Counted from the stretch's first letter, positions 36,669 through 45,855 are shown. The stretch: 60,610 nt of DNA from an uncultured Erysipelotrichaceae bacterium (GCA_902801685.1 CADCIZ010000001.1:1-60610), one strand, 5' to 3'. Notes: generated by a model not told the origin, from the letters alone. Program-made: numbers and translations.

Positions 36669-37528
36669 CTATAAATTGTTAATATCAGTTAATGATAATT
36701 CTGTAGTTTTAATAATAATATCAATACTAATACCAGCATCCTTCAATTTTTTCGCCATATCAAGTTTTGCCTGATATTTTCCCTCAGCAAGTCCCTCAGT
36801 GCGCCCTTCTTCTCTTCCTTGCATTGCTGCTTCTTTCTTTTTATTATCAAGTATTGTATTAAATATTATCTCTGCATCCTCATCTGGATCCCTAAATTGA
36901 ACATCCCCTAACTGGCTATTCATATGCTTAACTTCTTTTTTAAATCTATCCATCATCTCATCTCCTGTACCCATAGTTTCAAACTCATTGGCATCTGCAT
37001 CAAGTAAAGCCATTATGCCATGTGTTCTATCCCCATTATACCACTCATCTTTGATTTTTGATACATTATATTCATAAATAGTCAAACTATCAATATAATC
37101 TTCATGTCTATGAATCTCTTCTAAATGATACTCAGAAATCATTTCTAAATCTTTACCTTTTTTCTCATCAACATAAGTAAGATTATTTTGAGGAAATGCT
37201 TCATTTCTGCATAACTTCCACCGACTGGAACTGATGATGTATATCTTTCAAATATATAAGATGCATTACGTTTGTGTAAATCTTCATCAGAATAAGAATT
37301 CACTTCAATATTTATCTCTCCTTCATCTGAAGCAACCAATACATCTAATATTTTTCCTTTTTCATATACATTACCTTTAGGCAACTCACTAGCCTTAACC
37401 TCAAGTATTTCAACTTTCTTATTAATTGATTCTTCAATTAATCTTTTTAACATATCGCGATTACTATCTTTTAAAAATATACCTTTAAATATAATATCGC
37501 TACGCCCCTTGTAAAATTTCTTTTTCAT
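36669..37528 (-). pseudogene. Rpn-family PD-(D/E)XK putative transposase, split by a frameshift
   Basis: ORF 37145-37528 (MKKKFYKGRSDIIFKGIF..., the N-terminal nuclease half) and ORF 36669-37142 (the C-terminal half ending in the REEGRTEGLAEGKYQ repeat) are adjacent pieces of one Rpn-like protein in different frames. The downstream frame stays open back to about 37205 (..EAFPQNNLTYVDEKKGKDLEMISEY). Confidence 0.65.
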
Positions 37529-37574
37529 ATATAAACCACCCTTCCTTTTGTGAGTAAATAAGATTAATTCTCTT

Positions 37575-37638
37575 ATCCCTCTACTTATATTATTCAACAA
37601 AACTTTTAAATTTCCTTCTTTATTCAACGAAAAAAAAG
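37575..37638. repeat. Copy C of the ~60-bp Rpn-associated repeat (5' of the frameshifted Rpn gene)
   Basis: CAACAAAACTTTTAAATTTCCTTCTTTATTCAACGAAAAAAAAG compared with copy A CAACAAAACTTTTAAATTCCCTTTTTTATTTTGAAAAAAG. Confidence 0.7.
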
Positions 37639-37681
37639 AAAATCTTTATATATTAGATTTTCCTTTCATATTATTTAAGAC

Positions 37682-37709
37682 AAAAAGAAAAACATAGGTT
37701 AAACCTATG
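37682..37709 (-). terminator. Terminator after greA (overlaps the stop codon)
   Basis: CATAGG-ttaaa-CCTATG hairpin followed by a T-rich run on the minus strand. Confidence 0.6.
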
Positions 37710-38178
37710 CTGTGATTGCAACTACTTTAACATCATATTTTCCATTTGGACTATCAACTGAAACAATATCCCCAATTTTTTTACCAAGTATTGCACGCGC
37801 AATTGGAGATTCATTAGAAATCTTATTATTGAATGGATCAGCTTCTTTAACTCCAACTATTGAGTATTCTTCAGTATCATCATCACCTACATATTCAATA
37901 GTAACACGAGTTCCAATTGATACTTCGTTTGTATCAACATTTTCAATAACAACCGCATGTTCAATCATAGATTCTAACTCTTTAATACGAGCCTCAGTTT
38001 GTGCTTGTTCTTGTCTTGCTGCATCGTATTCTGCGTTTTCCGATAAATCACCTAAAGCACGAGCTTCCTTTAAAGCCTTAATAACTTCTGGCCTTTTAAC
38101 TTGAATTAAATTATCAAGTTCACTTTTCATTTCCTCAAGTCCTGTAGTAGTTACATATATTTCTTTTGTATCTGTCAT
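37705..38178 (-). CDS. greA: Transcription elongation factor GreA
   Basis: 157 aa. LGDLSENAEYDAARQEQ and the C-terminal SNESPIARAILGKKIGD. Confidence 0.95.
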   Translation of the reverse strand: MTDTKEIYVTTTGLEEMKSELDNLIQVKRPEVIKALKEARALGDLSENAEYDAARQEQAQTEARIKELESMIEHAVVIENVDTNEVSIGTRVTIEYVGDDDTEEYSIVGVKEADPFNNKISNESPIARAILGKKIGDIVSVDSPNGKYDVKVVAITA

Positions 38179-38248
38179 TTTATCACCTCAATTAAAATTT
38201 TATTTGTAATCATTTTTACAAACTTACAAAATAATACTACATTTAATC

Positions 38249-39445
38249 TTATTTGTCAATTCTTTTTATACGCATCATGTCATCTTTTTCAAGTTTTTTA
38301 TCTATATATATTTTTACTACTTGTAATGGATGATTTACTACTTCAATTAAGTTATTATCCTCATCATATATTTTATCTAATTTTACTGTTATTATGTCTT
38401 TGTTTGGAGAAAATATTTCTACAATATCTCCTTTTTTAAAATAGTTTCTTTCTTCTATTGTCGCAAGATGAGTATCATTATCATAATCAAGTACAACCCC
38501 TAGAAAATCTTGATTAGAATGTTCAACTCTACCATTATAATAACTGCAAGTATTATCATAAACACCATTATAAAACTGACAAATTGAATCTCTATTTGCG
38601 CAATTGTCAAGTGCTTTCTTATCCTCTATAGTATATACATTATTACTATTTTGTTTCATACAATTATCAATTACTCTTCTATAAATTGAAACAACGGTAG
38701 CAAGATAATAACTAGAACGCATTCTACCTTCTATCTTAAATGATTTTATACCAATAGAAATCATATCTTTAATATATTCAATCATTGATAAATCTTTCGA
38801 ACAGAATGTAAATGGTTTATCCCCTTTTAATAGTTTTTTATTCTCATCTAATAAATCAAAATCCCATCTGCATATTTGACTACATCCACCACGATTAGCA
38901 TCTCTATTAGTTAATACATTAGACATAACACATCTACCACTTATTCCTGCACACATTGCCCCATGAATAAAAGTTTCTATATCCATATGTGTTTTATCAA
39001 TAATATCTTTAATAGATTCTCTATCACATTCACGAGCAAGTACTATTCTTTTTACTCCTTCATTTTTATAAAACTCAGCTGCTTTAAAGTTCATGGTTGA
39101 TGCTTGCGTAGAAAGATGTATTTCTATATTATATTTCTTTGTATACTTAAATATACTAGGATCACTAATAATTAACGCATCTACACCTATTTCACTTAGT
39201 TTTCTAATATTTTCTTCTATCTTACTTAATTCATTATTATGAACAACTATGTTTACTGTAACATATACTTTTTTACCTAATTTATGAGCAAAGTTTACAG
39301 CTTCAATAATTTCTTCATATGTAAAGTTAGTGGCATTCGCACGTAAACTTAGTTCTTTATAACCAATATATACTGCATCTGCACCGTATTTTAAAGCAAT
39401 TTTTAGTCTTTCTAAATCTCCTGCTGGAGCTAATAATTCAACCAT
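38249..39445 (-). CDS. Peptidase U32 family protein (YrrO/TrhP-like)
   Basis: ELLAPAGDLERLKIALKYGADAVYIG and SFKIEGRMRS. The position next to greA matches the Bacillus yrrN-yrrO-udk-greA neighbourhood. Confidence 0.8.
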   Translation of the reverse strand: MVELLAPAGDLERLKIALKYGADAVYIGYKELSLRANATNFTYEEIIEAVNFAHKLGKKVYVTVNIVVHNNELSKIEENIRKLSEIGVDALIISDPSIFKYTKKYNIEIHLSTQASTMNFKAAEFYKNEGVKRIVLARECDRESIKDIIDKTHMDIETFIHGAMCAGISGRCVMSNVLTNRDANRGGCSQICRWDFDLLDENKKLLKGDKPFTFCSKDLSMIEYIKDMISIGIKSFKIEGRMRSSYYLATVVSIYRRVIDNCMKQNSNNVYTIEDKKALDNCANRDSICQFYNGVYDNTCSYYNGRVEHSNQDFLGVVLDYDNDTHLATIEERNYFKKGDIVEIFSPNKDIITVKLDKIYDEDNNLIEVVNHPLQVVKIYIDKKLEKDDMMRIKRIDK

Positions 39446-39459
39446 GTTATCACCAACTT

Positions 39460-40296
39460 TTATTTCACCTTACTTACTATTTCTTTATGCAAGAATCCAT
39501 CATCAATGTTAGAGAAGCTGTCATCAATCTGTAAAGCAGATTTTTCTACATTTTCTATAGATATATTACCAATAATAGATAAGAGTTTGCAAAATTTTGT
39601 ATTATCTATTAAAAACCCATTAACTACATAGTAATCTACATTCATATTATAATAATCTCTTACACCATTAAATATGTTATTAGAATAAGCATAAGTATAA
39701 TTAGCATCTATTATTGGATATACCTTACCTTCTTTTTTTATATAATGAACCTTACTATCATCTTTAATATTAAAGTATTTTAAATAATTATCTACTATAT
39801 GCCTTTTTGATACAAACATAGAATTATATCCAAATAAATTAGCCATTAATTTACACTTTGAATTATTTGTTATATCTTTAATCTCATTAATATTTAAATC
39901 ACTAGATAAATAAGCATAATTAACACCTTTACTATACCAATAGTTTATTGTTTCATAATTAGTTACCAAATGTTCCTGAGCCCAAACTAAATCATAATTT
40001 AGTTTATTCTTATAAGTTACAATAGCAACATCGCTATAAAGTACACCTTTAATATTATAGTTATTTAATTCTAATAATATTCTTTCTAACTCGTCTAATT
40101 CGTTATTTTCAATATTCTTATTTAAAGATATAAATATTTCTTTATCAGGAATTAGTTTAATAATACTATCTATATCATCAATACTAACTGTATATCTTAC
40201 ATTAACACTAAATTTATCAATACTAAGTATTACACCATCATATAAATTTATATTTTCTTTAATTTGTTCAATATTATCAGGCATAATTAGAATCAT
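39460..40296 (-). CDS. Peptidase U32 family protein, short partner (YrrN-like)
   Basis: 278 aa, immediately upstream of the longer U32 gene as in the yrrN/yrrO pairs. Sequence similarity is weak by eye. Confidence 0.55.
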   Translation of the reverse strand: MILIMPDNIEQIKENINLYDGVILSIDKFSVNVRYTVSIDDIDSIIKLIPDKEIFISLNKNIENNELDELERILLELNNYNIKGVLYSDVAIVTYKNKLNYDLVWAQEHLVTNYETINYWYSKGVNYAYLSSDLNINEIKDITNNSKCKLMANLFGYNSMFVSKRHIVDNYLKYFNIKDDSKVHYIKKEGKVYPIIDANYTYAYSNNIFNGVRDYYNMNVDYYVVNGFLIDNTKFCKLLSIIGNISIENVEKSALQIDDSFSNIDDGFLHKEIVSKVK

Positions 40297-40316
40297 TTTA
40301 CCACCTCTAGATACTA

Positions 40317-40338
40317 AAAAGTCGTCCGAAGACGACTA
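40317..40338 (-). terminator. Terminator after the 40378-41175 gene
   Basis: AGTCGTC-ttcg-GACGACT followed by TTTTT on the minus strand. Confidence 0.8.
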
Positions 40339-40377
40339 AATATTATCATAATTATTTATCTTTGTCAATTTATAATC

Positions 40378-41175
40378 CTAATTTAAAAATTTATTATTAA
40401 CCTTACCACCAATATCAGTATCACAATCAACAGCTTCACCTTTATTAGATAAATAATAACATTTACCATAACCATCTATATAGTATGTTGAACCATCACA
40501 ATCATTATTAATAAAACATTTTAAACAAGCACCAAAGCTTCCTTTTTCATCCTCATCGACAACCTGATCTACAACAAATTGAACAATTGATATTGAGAAG
40601 AATACTAATACTGCCGCAATTAATTTCTTTATCAATGAACTTTTGGATTTCTTTATTTCATCTTCATTACTACTTGCAATAGCTTTAATAATTTGTACCA
40701 TTCCCATTATAATTAGAATAATAGGTGTAGCCGTTTTTAAGATAACTATAAAATATGATACTAATCTAGGAACCATTTCTGGTATATCATGAGCATTTGT
40801 ATTACCAGAACCACACGACAAATAAGCTAATCCATTTGGACTACAAAACTTATATTTTTCATTCCAAGCACAACCAAAATTACCATTATTAGCGGTTTTT
40901 CCAGCTCGGCATTCTTTTGGATCAACAAAACCCGCACAACTACTTACATCTGGAGCATTTCCGCCCGATAATGCTTCATTTGCTCTATCACTTACACTAC
41001 ATTTATTAGTTTCAGAATTCCACTCACACGCTTTATGAGAATCCTTTTCTCTCGACGACCTACATTCTGATTTTACGGTTAAGTTCGAACAATCACTTAC
41101 ATCCCTCGCACTAACAACTTGACAGAATGATATGCATAATATAATTGAAAATATAATTAAGATATTTTTTTTCAT
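40378..41175 (-). CDS. Cys-rich exported protein with a C-terminal VirB2/TrbC-like (T4SS pilin-type) two-TM hairpin
   Basis: Signal peptide MKKNILIIFSIILCISFCQVVSA. Two 4-Cys repeats of the form DVS.C-x7-.EC-R-x10-11-C-.WN-x5-CS. The TM hairpin IVILKTATPIILIIMGMVQIIKAIASSNEDEIKKSKSSLIKKLIAAVLVFFSISIVQFV is shared with 51210-52376. Start at ATG 41175. Confidence 0.5.
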   Translation of the reverse strand: MKKNILIIFSIILCISFCQVVSARDVSDCSNLTVKSECRSSREKDSHKACEWNSETNKCSVSDRANEALSGGNAPDVSSCAGFVDPKECRAGKTANNGNFGCAWNEKYKFCSPNGLAYLSCGSGNTNAHDIPEMVPRLVSYFIVILKTATPIILIIMGMVQIIKAIASSNEDEIKKSKSSLIKKLIAAVLVFFSISIVQFVVDQVVDEDEKGSFGACLKCFINNDCDGSTYYIDGYGKCYYLSNKGEAVDCDTDIGGKVNNKFLN

Positions 41176-41176
41176 A

Positions 41177-41743
41177 TTAATCCTCCAATATCTCCACAAT
41201 GTCACCTGATTTAATCATATGAGCATTAGCATCATCTGTATCAAGATGAAGTTCAAAAAATGAATTAGGAGCAGTTTTTAAATAAACATTTGTAATTATT
41301 CCACCCTTACTACCTGGAAGTAGTACATTTACGGTTTCTTTATTTTCTAATTTATAATACCTCATTTGTTCTTCAGATAAATGAATATGACGAGTTGCGA
41401 TTATACAACCATTAGTTGTAATCTCTCCTTTAGGCCCAACTATAGTGATTTCTTCACTATCAATTAAATCTCCAGAATTTCTAATTGGTGGATTTAATCC
41501 TAATTTATAAGCATCAGTTTTAGATATTTCTACTTGTGTATAAAGCCTAGTTGGCCCTAATACTCTAACATTACTAATCTCACTTTTATTTGTTTTTATA
41601 GTCAAAGTTTCATTACACTTAAACTGTCCTGGTTGCGTTAAATCAGCAGCTTTTGTAAGTTCATAACTAACACCAAATAATTTTTCTAAATCACTATGAT
41701 TTAAGTGTATATGTCTATTTGATACTCCAACACTTATTTTCAT
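41177..41743 (-). CDS. pduL: Phosphate propanoyl/acetyl-transferase PduL
   Basis: KISVGVSNRHIHLNHSDLEKLFG, with a second repeat ATRHIHLSEEQ (two PTAC domains). The exact start is ambiguous (TTG/ATG cluster at 41743-41755). Confidence 0.85.
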   Translation of the reverse strand: MKISVGVSNRHIHLNHSDLEKLFGVSYELTKAADLTQPGQFKCNETLTIKTNKSEISNVRVLGPTRLYTQVEISKTDAYKLGLNPPIRNSGDLIDSEEITIVGPKGEITTNGCIIATRHIHLSEEQMRYYKLENKETVNVLLPGSKGGIITNVYLKTAPNSFFELHLDTDDANAHMIKSGDIVEILED

Positions 41744-41814
41744 CATCATCACCAACTACATTTTAACATATTTTATAATTATTTGCCATATAATTTAAAT
41801 GAAAGGATGAATTT

Positions 41815-42180
41815 ATGAATAATAACTATTATAAAGAATTTAATAATAATCCAATTTATACAACTAGTCAACCAAGTTATCAAATGACTAAACCTTACTA
41901 TCCAGAATACACATATCAAGATAAAAAATTAGATGATATACTTAAAATAAATAAAGGGAAAAAGGTATCAGTATATACATCTTTTAAGAATTCTAATGAA
42001 TGGAAAGATAAAATATTTACAGGAATTATCGAAGATTCTTATAAAGACTATATTGTATTAAGTGATCCTAAAACTGGTGTTTGGTACATAATTCCATTTA
42101 AGTATATTGACTTTATAAAGTCAGAAGAATGTATTAATAATAGCCAAGAATACTATAAAACTAATATTTCATGCAACTAA
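41815..42180 (+). CDS. GerQ (YwdL)-like spore coat protein
   Basis: LDDILKINKGKKVSVYTSFKNSNEWKDKIFTGIIEDSYKDYIVLSDPKTGVWYIIPFKYIDFI resembles the conserved GerQ core. The N-terminus is Tyr/Gln/Pro-rich. Confidence 0.55.
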   Translation: MNNNYYKEFNNNPIYTTSQPSYQMTKPYYPEYTYQDKKLDDILKINKGKKVSVYTSFKNSNEWKDKIFTGIIEDSYKDYIVLSDPKTGVWYIIPFKYIDFIKSEECINNSQEYYKTNISCN

Positions 42181-42232
42181 ATTTGACAAATTTGTTGCTT
42201 TTTTTATCTTTATTAATTATAATGTTATTAGG

Positions 42233-42781
42233 GTGATGGTAATGACTAGTTTAATCATTATACTTTTATTAATAATTACTATTTCTGTATGCCTAGTTGT
42301 ATTTGTAACTACTTATAATCATTTTCAAGACTATATTATTAGAATTAACGAAGCAGAAGAAAGTATTGATGCCGTACTTAGAAAAAGATTTGACCTACTT
42401 AATAAGTCTATTGGTATTATTAAGGCAAATACTAAAGAAGAAAACGTATTAGAAATAGTAAAAGATTTAAAAAGCAAAAAAATAACTAATTTTGAATTAG
42501 ATAGAAAATTATATGATGCAATTAATGAATTTAATGAATATAAAGAAAAATATGATAAGTTAAAAACAAATGAAGCATATTTAAAAATAGATATTAATCT
42601 ATTTGAATCAGAATCAGAAATAGTTGCACTTAGAAAATACTATAACGATATTATTACTGACTATAATAAAATGGTTAAAAGTCTTCCTTCAAATTTAGTT
42701 GCATTAGTTAGAGGATATAAAACTAAAGCATACTTTGATGGTAATGAAATAGGAGTAGAAGGAACTGATTTTAGTTTATAG
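42233..42781 (+). CDS. lemA: LemA family protein
   Basis: N-terminal TM, then YNHFQDYIIRINEAEESIDAVLRKRFDLL and LRKYYNDIITDYN. The start is ambiguous (GTG 42233, ATG 42236 or ATG 42242). Confidence 0.8.
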   Translation: MMVMTSLIIILLLIITISVCLVVFVTTYNHFQDYIIRINEAEESIDAVLRKRFDLLNKSIGIIKANTKEENVLEIVKDLKSKKITNFELDRKLYDAINEFNEYKEKYDKLKTNEAYLKIDINLFESESEIVALRKYYNDIITDYNKMVKSLPSNLVALVRGYKTKAYFDGNEIGVEGTDFSL

Positions 42782-42785
42782 AAAA

Positions 42786-42820
42786 AACTGCATAATTGAA
42801 ATGTGCAGTTTTAATTTTTA
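42786..42820 (+). terminator. Terminator after lemA
   Basis: AACTGCA-11 nt-TGCAGTT, then TTAATTTTT. Confidence 0.65.
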
Positions 42821-42908
42821 AGAGCAGTTATTGGAACTACATATACACCATCTGGACGTTTTTATATATAGATTACATAAAGAATTGCTTTTTCAACATA
42901 TTTCTTAT

Positions 42909-42984
42909 TCCGATACTTTATATCAAATCAATCCGATGTATTTGCTATTTTAAACCCGATACTTTTTTTATTTTATTCCGACAG
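42909..42984. repeat. Four iteron-like direct repeats (YCCGAYR) spaced 23, 23 and 22 bp apart
   Basis: TCCGATAC at 42909, TCCGATGT at 42932, CCCGATAC at 42955 and TCCGACAG at 42977. They lie in the 248-bp gap between the convergent genes lemA and the SDR gene. Confidence 0.5.
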
Positions 42985-43029
42985 ATTATTTTCTAGTTTT
43001 ACTTTATTTAACTAAATAATAATAAAAGA

Positions 43030-43788
43030 TTATACACAAGTATAACCTCCATCTATTGGTAATACTATCCCTGTAACATAACTGGCTTCTTTACTTGCAA
43101 GAAATATGGCACCAGCATTTAACTCTCCGGCTTTACCATATCTTTGCATAGGCACAGTATTTTTCATATATTCCTTAAAATCATCAGTATTAAGAACCTC
43201 TTTAGTAAGTTCTGTTTCAAAATAACCAGGACAAATAGCATTACAAGTAATATTATATTTAGCAAGTTCTGCTGCCACTGCTCTAGTAAAGTTTACAACT
43301 CCACCCTTAGCAGAATGATATGCAACTGTATCAATAGCGGTATTACCAACTAAGCCATACATAGATGCAATATTAATTATTCTTCCATAGTTATTTTTTT
43401 TCATTATACTTGCAAATGCACGAGTCACTTTAAAAACACTAGTTAAATCGGTATTTATAGTAAAATTCCACTCATCATCCGTCATGTTAAGCACACCTGC
43501 ATCTTTTGATGCACCTGCACAATTAATTAGTATATCTACTTTACCAAATTCATTTTCTACTTTTCTTGCAGAATTATTTACATCATGAGTACTTGTAACA
43601 TCACACTTTATTGGCATTACTTTAACATTATATTTTTCTAATTCTATCTTTAGCTCTTCTAATAAATCAATTCTTCTTGCCATTATTACTAAATCTGCGC
43701 CTTGCTTAGCAAATCCTATACTCATCTGTCTTCCGAGTCCACTAGATGCACCTGTAATAACTGCAACATTACTTTTTAAGTCAAACAT
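43030..43788 (-). CDS. SDR family oxidoreductase
   Basis: VAVITGASSGLGRQ (TGxxxGxG) and YHSAKGGV (YxxxK). Confidence 0.85.
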   Translation of the reverse strand: MFDLKSNVAVITGASSGLGRQMSIGFAKQGADLVIMARRIDLLEELKIELEKYNVKVMPIKCDVTSTHDVNNSARKVENEFGKVDILINCAGASKDAGVLNMTDDEWNFTINTDLTSVFKVTRAFASIMKKNNYGRIINIASMYGLVGNTAIDTVAYHSAKGGVVNFTRAVAAELAKYNITCNAICPGYFETELTKEVLNTDDFKEYMKNTVPMQRYGKAGELNAGAIFLASKEASYVTGIVLPIDGGYTCV

Positions 43789-44692
43789 TGTCCCTCCTAC
43801 CAATATACTTTATTGCATTAGTAGCTGCATTCGCACCATCACTTGTAGCGGTGACTAATTGACGTAACATCTTAACTCTAGAGTCACCCGCAACAAATAT
43901 ACCATCTACATTTGTTTTACAATCTTCTCCTGCAATAATATATCCATTATCATCTATATTAACTACTTTAGTAAAATTAGCATTCTCTGGCACTCTTCCA
44001 ATCGCAATAAATAATCCTGATACTTCAATTTTCTTAATAACACCATTCTTATCAGTTACATCTATACCCTCTAGCTTTTTATCGCCGATTAACTTGGTAA
44101 CATTACTATTATAAATAATTTCTATATTATCTTTCTTATTCAAATCTGCAACACTTATATCTTCTCCTCTAAAAGAATCTCTTCTATGAATTAAATAGAC
44201 TTTAGATGCAATATCTGATAAATATAAAGCATCTTCTATAGCAGTATTACCTCCGCCTACAACAGCTACTTCTTTTCCCTTAAAGAATGCACCATCACAA
44301 ATTGCGCAATAAGAAACACCTTTTCCAAGTAATTCATCTTCTCTATCTAATCCCAGTTTTCTAATGCCACATCCTGTTGCGATTATAATAGTTTTAGTCT
44401 CATAAGAATTACTTGTAGTAACTACTTTTTTTATATCTCCACTAATAATATTAATAGCCTTTTCAAACTTTATTTCGGCACCTAACTCTGTTGCTTGATT
44501 ATAACAATTAGAAGCAAATTCATATCCATTTATATGCGGAGCAGCTGGATAATTATCTATATCTTGAGCATTAATTATCTGTCCACCATAAGAATTAGCC
44601 TCTAGTACAAGTACTTTCTTTCTCGCACGACGTGCATATATGGCCGCAGTTAATCCTGCAGGACCTGCACCTATTATAATAATATCCCACAT
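43781..44692 (-). CDS. trxB: Thioredoxin-disulfide reductase
   Basis: DIIIIGAGPAGLTAAIYA, redox CAICDG, and GGGNTAIEDALYL. Confidence 0.85.
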   Translation of the reverse strand: MWDIIIIGAGPAGLTAAIYARRARKKVLVLEANSYGGQIINAQDIDNYPAAPHINGYEFASNCYNQATELGAEIKFEKAINIISGDIKKVVTTSNSYETKTIIIATGCGIRKLGLDREDELLGKGVSYCAICDGAFFKGKEVAVVGGGNTAIEDALYLSDIASKVYLIHRRDSFRGEDISVADLNKKDNIEIIYNSNVTKLIGDKKLEGIDVTDKNGVIKKIEVSGLFIAIGRVPENANFTKVVNIDDNGYIIAGEDCKTNVDGIFVAGDSRVKMLRQLVTATSDGANAATNAIKYIGRRDNV

Positions 44693-44693
44693 A

Positions 44694-45005
44694 CTAACCC
44701 TCAATTAATTTTTCTATCTCTTCTTTAGGTTTAAAACCTATACTTCTCTCTAATTCATTACCATCTTTAAACTTAATTATGCAAGGTATAGATGATATAC
44801 CATAAGACATAGCAAGATTTTCTGCTTCATCAACATCAATTGATACAACCTTTACATCATCATGAGTTTCTGCGACACTAGAAAGTACTGGTCTTAACAT
44901 TTTACAAGGTCCACACCAATTAGCATAAAAATCAACTAATACTTTCTTTTCACTTTTCAATACCTCTTTTTCAAATTCATCTTCTCTAATTTCAATTATA
45001 CTCAT
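44694..45005 (-). CDS. trxA: Thioredoxin
   Basis: 103 aa with the WCGPCK active site. Confidence 0.95.
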   Translation of the reverse strand: MSIIEIREDEFEKEVLKSEKKVLVDFYANWCGPCKMLRPVLSSVAETHDDVKVVSIDVDEAENLAMSYGISSIPCIIKFKDGNELERSIGFKPKEEIEKLIEG

Positions 45006-45060
45006 ATTCTTCCTCCTTAACTTTTTTCTTACTTATATAGTATATACATTTTTTATAAAA

Positions 45061-45807
45061 TTATTTTTTAACTATCTTAACTAATTTTGCATGAAGTACC
45101 ATTCTATAATCATCATTATAACAACTAGATAATGTAAGAATCTTATCATTTATAGTAATATCTGTATTAAAGTTATAAATACTTCTATTTTTAATCAAAT
45201 TAATAAATTCTTGATATTCATTATTACTATTAAAATTAGTCTTTATATAATCATCAGTTTCTCTCACTTTATATATACTAAATACTTGCCACTTAGTACT
45301 ATAATAATCATTAGAGTATTGTATTATGTAATTTTCAGGATTTGTGTACCACTCTTCTTTAACTACTTTTCTTAAAGACCCAAACATCGTATTATCTAAT
45401 CTACCATGGGCATAAAGAATAGTATTAGCATCAAATGTTTCATTATGATTCCTATAATCCATAAATACCCATCCAGCTTTATTCTCTGTCTTATCAAATG
45501 TATGAGATAGATAATAAGTATTATTAGTAGTTTGAACCACAGGATAATTAATATTAGTATTATTTACTTTAATATATCCTACTGTATCACTATTAATATT
45601 TTTTAAATCATTTAAATCAACATTAATTAATCCACTCTCACCATCTTCAATAACCTCAACAGTACTATTATCCTCAATTACATTTAACATTTCTTTAGTT
45701 TTCTTATTATCCTCTATCCATTTAAAAATATTCTTTAATGATATAAATAGTATTACAAATAAACAAATAAGTATTATATATAGTATAAAATTAATAAATC
45801 TCTTCAT
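45061..45807 (-). CDS. srtB: Class B sortase
   Basis: N-terminal TM; NSDTVGYIKVNNTNINYPVVQTTNNTYYLSH, ILYAHG and TLSSCY (catalytic Cys). Confidence 0.8.
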   Translation of the reverse strand: MKRFINFILYIILICLFVILFISLKNIFKWIEDNKKTKEMLNVIEDNSTVEVIEDGESGLINVDLNDLKNINSDTVGYIKVNNTNINYPVVQTTNNTYYLSHTFDKTENKAGWVFMDYRNHNETFDANTILYAHGRLDNTMFGSLRKVVKEEWYTNPENYIIQYSNDYYSTKWQVFSIYKVRETDDYIKTNFNSNNEYQEFINLIKNRSIYNFNTDITINDKILTLSSCYNDDYRMVLHAKLVKIVKK

Positions 45808-45855
45808 ATTATCACAACATAATTATACCCTAAACCTAAAAAAAAATAAATATCA

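Noticed and set aside
37712-38104. 130-aa plus-strand ORF antisense to greA. Similar antisense ORFs occur at 1678-2049, 46902-47348, 55172-55612, 52581-52847, 16197-16421 and 14733-14957, among others.
   Set aside because: All lie entirely within well-supported genes on the opposite strand. They have Ser/Ile/Phe/Leu-rich compositions typical of shadow frames in AT-rich DNA, and they lack RBSs.
41177-41205. Apparent 29-nt overlap between pduL and the downstream ORF, and similar long overlaps at other ORF-track starts
   Set aside because: This is an artefact of taking the longest ORF. The signal-peptide start MKKNIL at ATG 41175 is the plausible start. The same reasoning trims 2318->2363, 6544->6529, 9204->9180, 18252->18213, 22023->22017 and 55617->55590.
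42909-42984. CRISPR mini-array
   Set aside because: The conserved unit is only ~8 nt with 22-23-bp periodicity. There is no repeat/spacer structure of CRISPR dimensions and no cas genes.
42796-42996. 66-aa plus-strand ORF after lemA
   Set aside because: It starts inside the lemA terminator, has no RBS and has an aberrant composition (Ile/Phe/Tyr/Cys-rich). It overlaps the iteron-like array and is probably non-coding.
45061-45807. A sortase B substrate or iron-uptake (isd-like) locus next to srtB
   Set aside because: No protein in the window ends in an NPQTN/NPKTG-type or LPXTG sorting signal followed by a hydrophobic and basic tail. The neighbours are trxA and divIC.
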